A stretch of 64,000 nt of DNA from Hydrolagus colliei (Eukaryota), in the NCBI GenBank assembly GCA_035084275.1, contig CM068757.1, positions 7,750,001 through 7,814,000 on the forward strand, given 5' to 3'. Within the stretch, counting starts at the first letter, position 1. Every line of letters begins with the position of its first letter. The notes beneath the pieces were generated by a model. That model was not told the DNA's origin, did not search any database, and saw only the letters and a program-made list of their open reading frames with translations. The position numbers were made by a program, and so were the translations under genes. Of this stretch, positions 26,251-40,032 are shown piece after piece.

Positions 26251-29200
26251 AGTTGACAAATGTCCAAGGAAACTTCCAAGGGAATTATGGCTAGTGATTT
26301 TGAGCAGTAACCCTGCCTTTCTCCTTCCCCCACCTCACGTCCAGCTATTAGGAAAGTATTACATTTAAAGCATTGCCTCATACTTTGGCTGCCTCTTGAA
26401 GATCACAATACCTGTATAAGTATTTTACTTCCAATTCCTTTTGTTCCACATTAATTTCAATCGAAGTACAAACTTTGTGTTCTTACATTGAATTGTTGAA
26501 AGGGAGAATAAATCCACTGGATAATAAATTCTGTAACTTTCTCTGGCACAGTAGCTTGGGGAAACAGGCCCAAACGATATTTTGGGAATTGTATATTTAG
26601 ATTTTGATGATGACAATTTACACTTGAAGATGAATGGGTCTGAGTAGAAACAGGATCTGAAAGCTTTGTGCTCAGAATCCCTGATTTTTTATTTTATTTT
26701 ACAGATAAAACTCAGTAATATTTCCTGAAATAGTGACACTTTTGAGATTGTAAATGACTTTTTGTCTTTTTGGAGTTTGTTTAGAAAGTACAGCTGCAGC
26801 GAGTCCAAAAAGGAGATCAGCTTTCTTGCCAAATATGGCTCGAACAGCTTTGTAGAAACCTGAAAAAGTTTTTTAAGTAAATGAGCAGTCTCCTGAGGAA
26901 TCCGCCCCGTACCCACTCCATTGAATAACGTTTTGTGCATTTCAAATTTACATTGGTACAGTGTCTTTGACTTTGGGAGGGTGTCCCAAGGCACTTAACA
27001 ATCCCAACTTGACTGGTTTTGAGAGATTTCTGTGTTGAACTCTTCTCTAGGAAATAATGAATCCTTCAATTTGTGTTGTGTGTGTGTGTACACTTCTGCA
27101 TAAGGATACACTTGTACTTTAACTTGTACATGTTATTCCATATGTGCATGGAGAGGATATGGGTAGTGCTTTTTCTATGAAGCTGTCAACTTCCCAATGT
27201 ATTTCTTTTTTTTGTCTCTGCTGGTAACCCTTAACATTCCTTGGAGTATTTCTTACTCTGTTTAAAGTGTGTGCAATAGTTTTGTTTTTAGTACATTTTC
27301 CACCTCGTGGGAGCTTGGGTTTTACAGTGTGGGATTTCACTGCCTCATAAGTGGAGTCGTACTTTCATCACTATTTATTTATTAACACTTCTGTTATCAA
27401 TCATCGGTCCCTACCCTTCAAGTTTGAAAAGCGCTATATCAAATGCAAGTATTGTTATTATTATTCATTTGTCTTAACACAAGCTGCATCTCCCCTTTAC
27501 TGTATTTGGATGTCACGATCCAACCACAAAACGTCCAACTGCCTGATAGTCCACCTGTAATGGGGGTTAACCAAGCTCCGCACAGAAGCCAGCTTACAAT
27601 TAGCTGTAATTGTAAGGTGGGCACTTAAGAGTTTGGGTTTGGAAGATTGCAGTCACGACAATACGTGTGCACTGTTCTACTCCACAGGGTACATCAAGTG
27701 AGTAGCAAAAGGCACAGCATGACCCAGGTGATTGTTTGCGCACCATCAGACAGAACAAACAGTTGCTTTTAAAAGGTCAGCTCCACCTACATATGTGAAT
27801 CCAACTTCGAGCAGTATGTGCCAGTAAATAGCAAACTGAGAATTCTGAAGGAGCATTTTGATGTGGTTATAAATTTGCGTTTCCTTTTGAATTCAGACAT
27901 AGGTGTCTTTTAATGTAACATTATAATAACTTTTATGTGTCATAGTGCCTTATCACGTAATCAGAAGGTTGCGAGTTTTCTATGAAGTGCAGTGCATTTT
28001 GTAGGCTAAAGTGGCAACCAATTTGTGCACCTCAATGACCCATAAACAGCCGTCAAGTGATTATTTCTGTTTGCACCTGACTAGAGTGAGAGAGAAAAAT
28101 GCTTGTAGGTTTATTTAACTACAGTAGACCACGTTGGTATGATACTGGAAGACGCTCTCTTCTGTTTACAACAGGCCAACACAACCTTGGCTTATTGTCA
28201 CTTCTGAAGGATAGTAGCTTGGTATTATAATATGGCAGGGGTGGGGTGGAGGTCAAATAGGTTTTCTGAAGGAATGAGATTAGATGAGCTTTCTTCATCC
28301 AAATTGATCTTGTGAAAGAGAAGAAAAAAAAATTGGTCATTTCAATCCTCAACTGTTTGTGCGACACCACAGTGCACAATTGCCTGCCGGGTTTCATCCA
28401 TAAATATATAGTGAATTCACTTTACAGTATATTTAGCGAAGCACTTTGAGAGTTCAGAAGACGTGAAAAGTGTCTATCTGACATTGCAGCGCTTCCCCGA
28501 GCACTACACTAGTGTGTCAGCCTTAGACTGTGAGTTTATAAATCCAATTTAACCCTGCGGTGAACTAAAGACTGTCACAAATCCTGTACAGTTAATCTAG
28601 GTTTATTAATTCAGATTAGTAATGGTTATAGATAGAATTTCCTTCTTTAGAACCTGGTATGAATGGTTTGCGATGCCAAGTTCCAACTCCCTGTCTCTTC
28701 TGATTCTCTTCCCGAATCGATCTCTCTTTATCCAGTTGGAAGATGACTTTTCACATAATCCCATTTTATATAAGATACTGTAATGTCTTTTTTTCCCCTC
28801 TAGTTTTCCCTCTGAAGGAGAATGGATTAAACCCCATCCTTTTCAAGCTGCAAATGAACGTGAATTCTTTTCACATGGGAAAATAACTGATAAGGAGAAA
28901 GCGAAATGGACAGCTATTTGGGAGGATTTCTGTTTCTTAGTCTTGGGATAAACAAACGTCCAGGGCCGTGCTTCTCTCTCTGAGCCTCCTTCCTTGTTTT
29001 CACATCTGTGCTCAAGGACATGATTACTCCACGTTAACGTTGTTGTTGTACTCAATTCTTAGATGGGAGGATGGCAATAGGACGAGGGAAAGTTATCAGA
29101 ACCTAACCTCAGCCAGGGTCAAGCCAATATATCTTCAACTTTGCTAACTCCGATTGGCACAAGTACCTACTCAAGGTCCCTAAGTTAGTCATTTAAAACA

Positions 29201-32200
29201 AACAATCCTATGGGACGGGTGGTATTCTAGAAGTGTACACAGGTTTATTAAAAACCGTATTAAAAAGCCTGGCATCACAATTCTACTTTCACGTAATATC
29301 TAATGCATTCATTACAGAATTCTTACAAGCTCAAGCTTACAATTTGGAACTTTAACCAACAATCTTCTTTAGCCAGAGTCTAGAGTGCCACCAGCTGTGT
29401 CAGGCTGACACCTAATAATGGATTTGCTATGGGTTAAGTGCTGTCTGATTTTTCTTTGTGTACGTTTGACTTTCTCCAGCTGGAAGCGACTGCTTTGTTG
29501 TCCACCTTTTTTAAGCAACATTAAATTACACATTTAAAAAATGGGAAAAGTTATAAGCTCGCCGGGACACACTTGCAGCAGGGGAGTAGAATAATGCTTA
29601 GCTTAACCCACGGTGGCAAATTTACTACATGGGGCATGCAGAGCAGACCAGCCCACTCCAATCTTTATTACCTACTCGCCCAGGTCAGCATGCCTGCCTC
29701 GGAATCATTAAAGCAAAATGTAATTGCTATTTAAAAAGCACTGCAATCTGCCAAATAACCCATTACGCCAGTAATCGTTCTACTTTGGCTTCCTCCTGAT
29801 GGTGAACTATTTGACTTAACTGTGGCTTTAGACTGCCATTACCCTGCATGTTTACTCTGGAAGGCCAAAGGGCCTTCATTCCTCATCCAAACCAATCTTG
29901 CGATGCGCTGAATGGTATCGGTGTGGTACATTAGATTTCTTTACTGGATTATTCCACTTGGCTGCTTAACAGACTGTGGTTTCAACAACTGTTTTAATAA
30001 TCCTCGCTTTCACTATAGTATTTTTTTACGTTGAGAGAGCCACTAAAGTGCTTCACAGGGTTTACTGTAAGGTGTAGTGATTGCATTTTTGTAGGCGAAT
30101 ACGACAGCCAATTTCCACACGAGCATTACCCAACAAACGGAAGGGAGGTGCTATAAGATGCAGTGACTGCATATTTTGTTGTCTGCATAAATGCAAGCAA
30201 ATGCAAGTTTAAAAAAAAATATATTGTACTCAATGTAAATACTGTGCCTATAATTGTTTTATCCCCAACCCCCTCCCCTCAATGGATTATTTCTTTAGGC
30301 TGGGGGAGTCTGAGAGTGCTCCAGTGTGGCAGTGAACTTCTTCATTTGTAGACAGACTTGAATGCCTCTGTTGGCTTGCTGGGAATCTGTTTCAGGGCAC
30401 TGATCTTGAAGTGAGTGAATAAGATGACGGCCTCTTTGTGAGTAAGCTGACAAGTCACAAATGCGATACAGTGTGATAAATGTGCTTTCAGCTGACTGGT
30501 AATGTACGTACAGTTCCTACCTTTGCCACAAGTGAGCTGGTACGACCAGTACACATGAAGGTGCAGGACACCACCTGGACAGCTGTCTTTGTAAACCGAT
30601 CTGCAAACATGTTGTACAAGCTTAAGGAAGGGAAAAATATATGCTCGTTGTGATTTGTCTGCGCTGTATGCGACTAGAGGTATAAATTGTTATTGTTGTT
30701 GAGTCTAGTGATGTGCACTTATAATGGGAAAGGGCTTCTGTAGAACACTACAAAAACCTGGGTTTACTCTCACCTCGAGGAGATTTGCTGCTGGTCCAGA
30801 AGTCCGCCTCCCACCACCTTCATCTAATTACTCAATAAATAAGATCTTAACAATGGTTACACTCTTGTCCTGAGTTGACAAGAGATTCTCTTGTTCTGAG
30901 TTGCTTTGAGTCCAAGTAATGGAGGTTTTCCAATCCTGGAATGCTGCCGATTGTAATAATATTCAGAAGCCTGAGGGCGATCTGCTTGACTTGCCAGGAA
31001 CTTTCCACCAACATTTCAAAAAAACCTTTAACTAGTTGGCTTTTACGTGGGCCGCAGTAACACCAGAGTTCCAGCGGCAGTCATGTGAATATGGTTTGTG
31101 GTGAGAAAGATTAGGGTTCAGCCAATGTTGGCCAATGGATCTTGCAGTGACTCAGCGGAATTTGTACAGGTCTGCGTACGCAGGAGATCTTTGATCGCAG
31201 AATATGTAGGTCAATCAGGGGATGAGGCTGTTCTCGACTTTCTGGCCTCTCTGATATCTGCCCAACAGGACTGGAGGTGGAGGCTCCTTACAAAATAAGT
31301 TCCTAAGGAGGCAAATGTGGTGGCTAATTTGGGTTAGCAGTGCCCTGGCCACAAACAATGAGCTGAGCATTCGAGTCAGTTGAACCTTCTTGGGTGAGGA
31401 TTATTTATTGTTATGTACTCCATTTCCAAACCTCAGCTCCGTGCCTTTTCTTTAGATACGTCGACCTTGCAAAAACTTCTGTCAACCAACTCCACAAAAC
31501 CATCTTTTTGTCAATCATATCGACATGAAAGGCACTCTATAAATGTAATTTTGTTGTTGTTGTCTCCTCTTCTTACCAATATTCAATAATCATCAACATT
31601 TCCTCACCTTTATCAAGGTTCCAGCAAGTTAGTTTTAAACAAGCCTGAGAGAGTCGATTTTCTGGCCAACAACAATGTCTTATCAACAATATTGAAACTT
31701 TATGTTCTCTTAACATGCTTCACAGTTCCCAGCTGCAGTATTTTCGAAGCAAACAGGTCTAGGAAAGGTGGTGGAGATTAGACCCTAGACTTGTTTAAAA
31801 AGCAGCTGATGCAGTGTTGGGGGTGGTGGTGGGTTGGGGGGTGGGGTGGGGAGTATGGCGGAATGGTACGTTGGGTATTCTGGAGGGATGAAATCTGAAA
31901 GATCTTTCAGGATTATTATGATCCTGTGAAGTGATCGCCATCACATCTTTTCCAGCACTAGCTAGCCTGCAACATATCGCCACCTCCTGCTTAAACTAAT
32001 GCATTGCGTATCCATCCAATACAATTTCCATTTACTATATACTGTACTGTATATAGTAAATGGAATCTACGTCGGGAGGAAGTCTCACAGTACTGGATGG
32101 ACATCTGTAGGTGGAATCTATGGGGAACAGGGGTCAGGAGAGGACAGGTGACCGAAAAGCAAGGTGAAAAAGGTACCCTTTGAGATGTGCCTTGAAAGAG

Positions 32201-33687
32201 GGGAGGGATGGAGTGAGCGAGTTGGAGGGATGCTGTGATGAATTTGCAGAGAGCAGGGGCTGAATGGATGGTAGTTTGCACTATGGTGGGGCAGATAGCG
32301 GGTGGGGGGCAGAAGACAGGATATGAAGCAGGCCAGTTCGCTGAGCTAAGGGAGTGGCTGGGAAGGTGGGGTTGGAAGAAGTCACAGAGACCATGGAAGG
32401 ATTTGCATGTAACAAAATAAACACTGTTTGGGGACACGGACTTCACCTGTACCATCTCTGTGGAGTTATGTCAGTAAAAGAACATTATTTGTATATTTTA
32501 TCTTGAGTGACTAATTTTTTTTAAGCAACTTGGTAACAGATTTGCAGACATTTTACTCTGTACTACTCTTCTTAAAAACTGTCACCTCACCAGGCTGATC
32601 TGTTATCTTGAACACATCTACATAATATAAATTACAAAGTGCAGTCTGACCTGCGTAATTGTACTTGTCCTACATGAAGGACATTATATTCACTCAGTGC
32701 AAGTTGTTCTTGTTGTTCGTTTAAGACTGTCACAATGTTGGCTTTAGACCTTAGTCTGCCTCCCTTCTGATAGTAATCATAATATGTGCATGTTGTCCAG
32801 CCATTCAGAACCTCTCAGCACCTTTCCCAGTGAGCTACTTTAAGCTGCGTTCCTCACATGGTTGGTAGGGTTATTAGACTGTATAGTGGTGGGTAAGGCA
32901 GCAATTTCAGCAACGGATTTCTCACAAACCAAGCAATTGTTTGCTACTTCTGCCTACCGCATAAACAATAGCCACAGTTTATAATATCCTGTGAATTGCC
33001 CTGAGATGTTCTGCTCACAAGGTGCTATATCAAATTTAAGGATGATTATCAATAATATTCAGCAAACTGAGCAATAATCCCACAAACTGGACAGATTGCC
33101 CGATTTAACATTTTACCGATTGGGATGAGGAAGGAGGACTGATCTGGATGCCAGGAGAAATCTTTGATGCCCACCTCAATAAGCAGATGGGACATTAACT
33201 ACTACTGTACCATCTGTGTAGGTATATGTGGAACAACATTATTTGTATATTTTAGCAACTAATTTTCTGCCTATTTGTTAACCTTACCCATGCACAACCT
33301 TCCTCGCACTGTGGCCTTTTGCATGTGTGTGACACCTCATACTTCACCCATTTGCATTGCATCACCCAGTGGATGTTTTGCGAATTGGTTAACTTGGCTT
33401 GAACCCTCGTTTTAAGGTACAGTATTTATTTTCCAGAATCGCTGTCTTTTCCCGCCCAAACACATCTTGTTTTTGTAGAATACATGAACCTGAGGGGTTT
33501 CCCCACCTAACTGTGTGCTTGTGATATTTACTCAAAGTTTCTTTAAATAGCTTCTTTAACTGTTCGTATTTCCTTCTTGATATGCCTGACCAAATCCTTG
33601 GACCACAGAATTAATATTCATGTAAATTTATTCTGCATGGATTCCAGTCCATACTTTTTTTTTAAATCCTGAGTTCTAGATGGTGAT

Positions 33688-33900
33688 ACAAAAACAGAAA
33701 TCACTGGGAACACTCAATAGGTCAGGCAGCATCTATGGAGAAAGGAAAGTGAGTCAATATTTCGGGTCATTAACCCTTTGTCAAAAAAACGGTGACTCAC
33801 TTTCCCTCTTCCATAGATGCTGCCTAACCTGTTGAGTGTTCTCATTTTGTGGGAAATATTTCTGTTTTTGTTTCAGAATTCCAGCAATGCAGTATTTAAC
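33688..33900. mobile_element. Palindromic (foldback) element, Penelope-like terminal-repeat type
   Basis: Arms of about 70 bp (acaaaaacagaaat...ggcagcatctatggag...gtgagtca / tgactcac...ccatagatgctgcc...atttctgtttttgt); second copy at 39843-40032. Confidence 0.75.
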
Positions 33901-34306
33901 ATTTTTGTTCTGAACGGTGAGTCCTGTTTGTAACTAAATTTTAGTCATGTGGACTGACTGATGGGAATTCTGCTCTGACATGATCCACATTGGTGATGTC
34001 CCTCCTGTTACTGAACAAATGCTAGTCACAGAAGTGCTCAGAAGCTTTATTGTGTAGTAAAAGAGTTAAGAGATGATTATATCTGGTGTACTTTATTTGA
34101 ACTCTTATTTACTAAGCTAGCGTGGTAGCCCCAGATGTCCCTTTTTGCTTTGACTCGAGAAGCATTATTTCTTCTGTCATTGACCAATTCCAGCCCATTT
34201 TTGATGCTAGGGGACAATGCCTTATGGATAACACCATAATCTACTTAAGCATGTAGAAGGATGAATAGGTCATAGAAGAGGAAAGTCTAACAATTGCTGA
34301 TCATTT

Positions 34307-34677
34307 GATAATAATTCTTGTATTTGATATAGTGCCGTATCACATTTTTGAGTCGACTCCAAGCGCTTCACGGAATATATTGTAACATGAATTGACTCTA
34401 TTTTTGTAGGCTAAACATGGTTAGCCAAATGTGCACAGCCATGTCCCACAAACAGTTGTGGATTGAGTGACCATTTAAAAAAAATTGGTGTTTTTGAAGG
34501 GATTATTACCCCTGGGAAAAATTATCCGCCAATCGACTAAAAGTAGGTTTCCCACTTACTGCGAGGTAAACAGGCGAATGAGGTAAGGAAACTTGCCTAG
34601 GGTTTCACCTTGCTAGGGAATTGATCAGGTTCTCTTGCTTGCAATGCAAGAGTGCTGTAAACCAATATGCTACAGCC
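34307..34677 (-). mobile_element. tRNA-derived SINE family A, longer older variant
   Basis: Tail ataattcttgtatttgatatag at 34307; head ...gggaattgatcaggttctcttgcttgcaatgcaagagtgct...tgctaca. Confidence 0.8.
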
Positions 34678-36541
34678 ATTTTCAGGTTAAGCTAATAATG
34701 TCTCCTCCTCATGGAGAATCTTGAAATCAGACCTCTTTTACTTATTGTACTGCTATTTCCAATGGTTCAAAGAGAACATGTGTTACCAGGACATCCTAGT
34801 CAGCTCCAGGTTTGCTGGGTTGCTGACCTGAAAAATATATTTTTGGAACATCTAAGAACATCTAAGAATATGCATCCATCCTCCCATCTCCACTAGTGAA
34901 TGATGGTTAACTTCTGTTTGCACATCCCTATTCCATCAGGACAGAAACCACTATGCAGTATTTATTTAGTCTTTACACCAAGCCTAGAGTCCACTAACAC
35001 TCTCCTCAAGTAAACACTGTTCCAGTAGAAGTTAATGGACTTGGCACCATCTACTTTCATTGACTTCATTTTGCATGTTTTGGGGAGGGCGGACTCAATT
35101 CTTCTAATCTCAAGTCCTGCTCATTTGTAAAGTTATGTTCTTTTTGTTGTGGTTGGAAGTATTTCCTTTCACACTTCTCTACGATCTTCAGTAACACAGA
35201 AGGCTTGTTTCGTTTTTCATTGGTCTTCTTGTGTTGCCTTGACCCTACTCGCTAAAAGGTGGTGTGCAGGTTTATTTGGCTGTGCTCTGATGTTTTTTCT
35301 CTCTCCCTATACCATCAGTAATTCACAATTATTAATTTGCATAAATCATTTGAACTTTGCACTGGACACCTTTCTTGCAATCTCTATGTTTGCGCAAGAA
35401 TGTGGCAAAAGACTTTCATTCTACAGTTCAGAAAGCAACCATGTGCATGAGATTAGCGCAGAGCCGCTGACAAAATAGCCCTTTCACGCCCACACGCAGA
35501 TGAATCCAGCCGCAAACCTTTTAAATGCAAACTTTTGAAAATGTAAGAGAAATGCATGACTTATCTTCTTTAATCAGCCCCCAAAAGAGGAAATTCTATA
35601 TTTCACGGAACCCTTTTATAAGAACTCTTTTATAAGAAGTGGTGAACCTTTTGTTTTGTAAAATAAAATTATTCTGATCTCGATCTTTGGACCAACAATA
35701 ACAAATACAACTTGGATTTATATTGGCACCTATCATACAGGATAGCTGCCCAGTGGCAGGGTTGGAAGCCAGGGAAGGGAGTAAGGAGATTGTCTCTGCT
35801 TGCTTTCCCACTCCATTTTTCACTGGTCACTGTGGACCTTTGTTGTTTTCCAGGGACCCTATTATTGGAGTTCATCCTTGAAATGGACAATACAGAAACT
35901 AACATAAGAGGAAACCCAAGCAGGACATTCAGTCTCTGCATGACTTGAAAGACGAGCTTGTAGCTGTTCCCTTATCAGTGAGTGAGTGAATGAGTACCAA
36001 TGAATACCACTCACTAATGAAGTCAATCTGACAGTCATTAAAACTAGTTTGCATGATCCTCACCCTGGCCAGGCTCCCTCACAATGTAAACCATATTATT
36101 TATTTTTAAGTGTATGACTTTTTTAACCGTCAGAGTTGTTGATCAGCAAAGTAATTTCTTATTAATTGAAATGAAATTCAATATTCACCTTGCTGTGGAG
36201 GACAGGGTTTAATACTTGAAAAAAAATGTTCAACGGTACAGTTGAAATAGCTACTAGCACAAAGGTGAAGATATCAATGAAGATGTGGGATCGATTTCAT
36301 GGTGACTACGTTTAAAGTACAACTTAGGAAGTCTCAGTCGTAAGGCATATTTCCCTGGTGCTTGGCCAAGCTAGGGAATGAATAGCTATGTGTTGTAGTA
36401 CTTTTTAAAAGAGAGGAAATGTATTTCTTTTTAATCGGGAAATCAAACTGAATATGTTGATGCTGTATGTGTGGTTAATCTCATTTCCTGCTGTTGATTT
36501 TGATGTGTGTGTTTTTTTTCTTGCTGCTCTGGCTACCTCAG

Positions 36542-36645
36542 GTGTTATCTGTTGCCCTGCTTGCAGGCAGACGTGTTTCACAGGAGATGTAGTGGAAAAC
36601 GTGTTCATCCGAGACTATCCCCGAGCCGTAGAGAAGATGGAAAAT
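36542..36645 (+). CDS. TRIM66: TRIM66 exon 2: C-terminal RING ligands (GVICCPACRQTC...VVENVF...KMEN)
   Basis: Pyrimidine tract then ctcag|; donor AAT|gtaagt; phase 1 in, phase 0 out; completes the C3HC4 RING. Confidence 0.92.
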
Positions 36646-39600
36646 GTAAGTGCAAATCTTCTCTCTCTTTCCTCCCCCCCCACACCCACCATCCCTGTTC
36701 CCACGTGCCATGCTGAATAATGTGCGTTCTTTTTTGTTAATGTGACTCAAGTTGGGCTTTGATGTGTAGCGAAGAACAGATGGACTGTAAGAGGCTTGTT
36801 AAATCAAAATACCTTGTGTGTAAATGGAGCTCGCATGGACGCACTTGCCATTGGATTGTGGAGTGAGTACACAAATAACTTCAGGGATATTGACACGTTA
36901 CAACCTTTTAATGTCGCACATTGGTTGCTTTTGGTTTTGTACTTTGCCTAAGTTGAAGAGCGGACTGGGTTTGCTTATTGATGACCAGTGTCATTGATCC
37001 GTATCAGAACTGGAGGTTAGTTTATGCAATTTACTGCTAATGTTGCAGGAGATTAGGTGCTTTTCTGTTTTTATTTTGAAATGAGCAGCGATTCCCTGTC
37101 CTTGTTTTAATGGTCCGTAGCGCTCATTTGTCTTCCATTGTGAGTGGGAGCAAAGCGAAGTTTTCCCCCTTGATCAGATGAATGTTGCAAACGAGTGTCG
37201 TGCATATGCAATTGTAGAACTGTTTCCATTTCCTTATCTGAGGAGATACCTGGCAATAAATGCTCTGGCATAGTGATGTGGTTGCTGAGAGTTAGTTGAT
37301 ATCACCTTGGTTTCTGTGCGTGCTAAACACTGCGTGCGATGTACTCATAGTATCACCTGCTCCAGACCCTCTGCCTCTAACAATGCATGGAAGACATTGA
37401 ACCTTTATTGATTTTAGTGGGGAAGTGGAGAGTGTATCCTTTGGTAGAAAGATTTCTGAAGCTGGCATAGAGGAAGGAAGACCAGCGTCGCCATTGACTG
37501 ATGTGCCGCATGATATGGCACAGACTGGTAGTTAACTGTTTATTCTTGTGCACTAAATAAAATGAGGACCTATATCACAAGGACATGTTGTACGTCGCAA
37601 TACGTTTATCACAAGACAGGTGACTCTGCGCTTACGGTTTTAAATATCTTATGTTGCCTTCTTGATGAATACGGACCAACCACAACAAACAGAACTTGGA
37701 TTTATATTAGCAGCCATTGTACAGCATAGCATCTCCAAAGAAGGAGGGTGGCATTGATGGCAACACACACCTGCTGTAATCCCAGGTGTATGTAGATTTA
37801 CACAGAAGCCATTCAGCCCAACTAGTCTGTGTAATATTGTGGCACAGGTCAGTCAGTTCCAATGCTGGTCTTCCTTCTCCACCCTGTAGCCCACTCCAGA
37901 AATGTGTCTTGGGTGTTCAGAATTGTACCAAAACGAATGAAGAGATAAGGAAGGTGCAGATGGATTTATTCTGGGAGCTCAATGTTTGCAATCTGAACAT
38001 ATTGGTTAGTGAGGGGAGATATTGGTTTATTTACAACAGGATTGTAAATGTGGGAGGTGAATGGTGGCATTATGTGGGACCTTGGCCAATGAGTATAGGA
38101 TGTAGCTCTTGACTTGTCTACGTTTTAGGAAAAGGAAAGTTTCAGTGTATTTGCTGCCCACCAATTCCATTTGTAGTTGTTATAAGAAAAGGCTGGAGGC
38201 TGCCTGCTGCTGCAAAACTGAAGGGAAATCTCTCGTTAGAAGTCTTGCCTCACTGGAGAGGAGAGGCTAGTGTGTGAGTCGCAGTAGCACAGAAACAGCT
38301 TGTACGTATAAGGCTGAATTTCTCTATTCTGTGCGCCGCCCACATTATCATTCCTTGACTCTCATCAGTCCTCGAGCTCCATCATTATCTCTCTCTTTGG
38401 TACCTATTATTTATTCCCTCTTAACCCCCTGTATCCCATTCCGATGCCTAAATTCCAGCTTCCGCCTGTCATTATTACTGCCTCCCCTCTCTCTATCTCA
38501 GCCTCTCTATCGCAAGTATACTTTTGCTGCACTCTTTGCCATCAGCCTCTTTATTCCAAGTCCTCATCCCCATTCACAAATTCCAAATACTGTACCAACT
38601 TCCAGTCTATAGTAAAATAAAACACTGTTCAGAGTCTGCTTTCATGCTGGGATATTGGCATGGATCCAGGTTGCAACAAAAATGTGCACTTGTTTTATTA
38701 GTCCGACTAATTATTTTGCGAATTATTACTATTATTAGACTATTAAAAACAAATTCACATCCAATGATCCATTATGTTAAAGGCAGCACTGCTCCTCCTA
38801 CTTCCTAATTCTGCAAACCTTGTTAATTCTACAATTTAACACCAGGTTGTAGGTGTTAGATGCTGAACATGACTTTCTGTGGCTTTTGTGCACTTACAAA
38901 GCTTCACTGCTCCTTTTCTACAAGCAAAGCTGTTCCCTTGACTGTAGCTGATGAACCTTCAGCTTGTTTTCTTCTTCATGCCCTGATCTCTCACTTTGAT
39001 CTCGAAACATTGCGTCCAAGTGATTGCATCTAATAGGATCATACATTGGTTTGGTGGTTGGAAGCCAAAGCGGCAACAATATTCACACTTCTGCTTGAGA
39101 GAAGGATGTTTGATTGTAGCCTGAGGTCAAAACTTCTTTAGCTTTGTAAAACTGTTAGTGTGTATGTGGTTCAGCTGGGGACATTTAAAAGAAGTCACAA
39201 AGTGCTTACATACAGTTTTGTTGCAAAACTAGAACTGCCTTTATTGAGCTCCAAGATGATGTCCAGCATGAAGAGCGCTATGTAAATGCAACTTGTTGTT
39301 ATTGCGAGAAAAAAAAGGGATAACACATTTTCTAGGTAGGTCAGCTCACAAGAGCAAAAAAGCAAGTTTTCTTTGTTTGTTGTGAGCGCGGATGGGGATA
39401 AAATGATAGATGTGGTTTTGCGGAAGTTGTGCTGTAGCCTTCCTGTGATACATTGCTTTGTATGCTGCAGCAATTGTACACCATCACTTAGTGTATCGGG
39501 GTAGCACAAGTATTGCAAATCACAAGTTAATACCGTATTGATAGAGAATGTGCTTGTTTGTCTCCTGCTCTGCTAGTCAGTTTTCGTCAGTCTCCACTGG

Positions 39601-39842
39601 CTTTATATCTTCCCAGCTGTTCAATTTTCAAGATGCCCATTCTCACCCCCAAACACCATCCACTCAATAATACTGTGTGACATTTTATTGCTAATGGTCT
39701 GACAAATCAAAAGCCTTTGAAACTGCATTTGAAACTCCGACACCCTGAGATATGATGGTGTTGGGGATGGTGGTAGTGGGATGGTGGCAGGATGATGCAT
39801 TCACATCTATTTGAGGTTCTAAACAAACTATTAACAATTTAG

Positions 39843-40032
39843 AATAGAAACAGAAATCTCTGAGGACACCCAACATTTCAGTTCAGTGATCTTTCATCAG
39901 AAGTCTGATGAAACGTCATCGCCCTGAAATGTTAACTCACTTTCCTCTCTCCATAGATGCTGCCCGACCTGCTGAGTATTCCCAGTGACTTCTGTTTTTA
40001 TTTCAGATTTCTGCAGTATTTCTGCAGTATTT
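39843..40032. mobile_element. Second copy of the palindromic Penelope-like element, left arm partly deleted, central hammerhead-like motifs retained
   Basis: Shares ccatagatgctgcc.gacctg.tgagt.ttc and ttctgttttt.tttcaga with the 33688 copy; centre tttcatcagaagtctgatgaaa is palindromic. Confidence 0.75.

Noticed and set aside
37418-37527. Exon-like segment in intron 2 (ttttag|...ACTG|gtagtt)
   Set aside because: The required phase 0 gives an early TAG, the exit phase does not fit exon 3, and the donor is weak.
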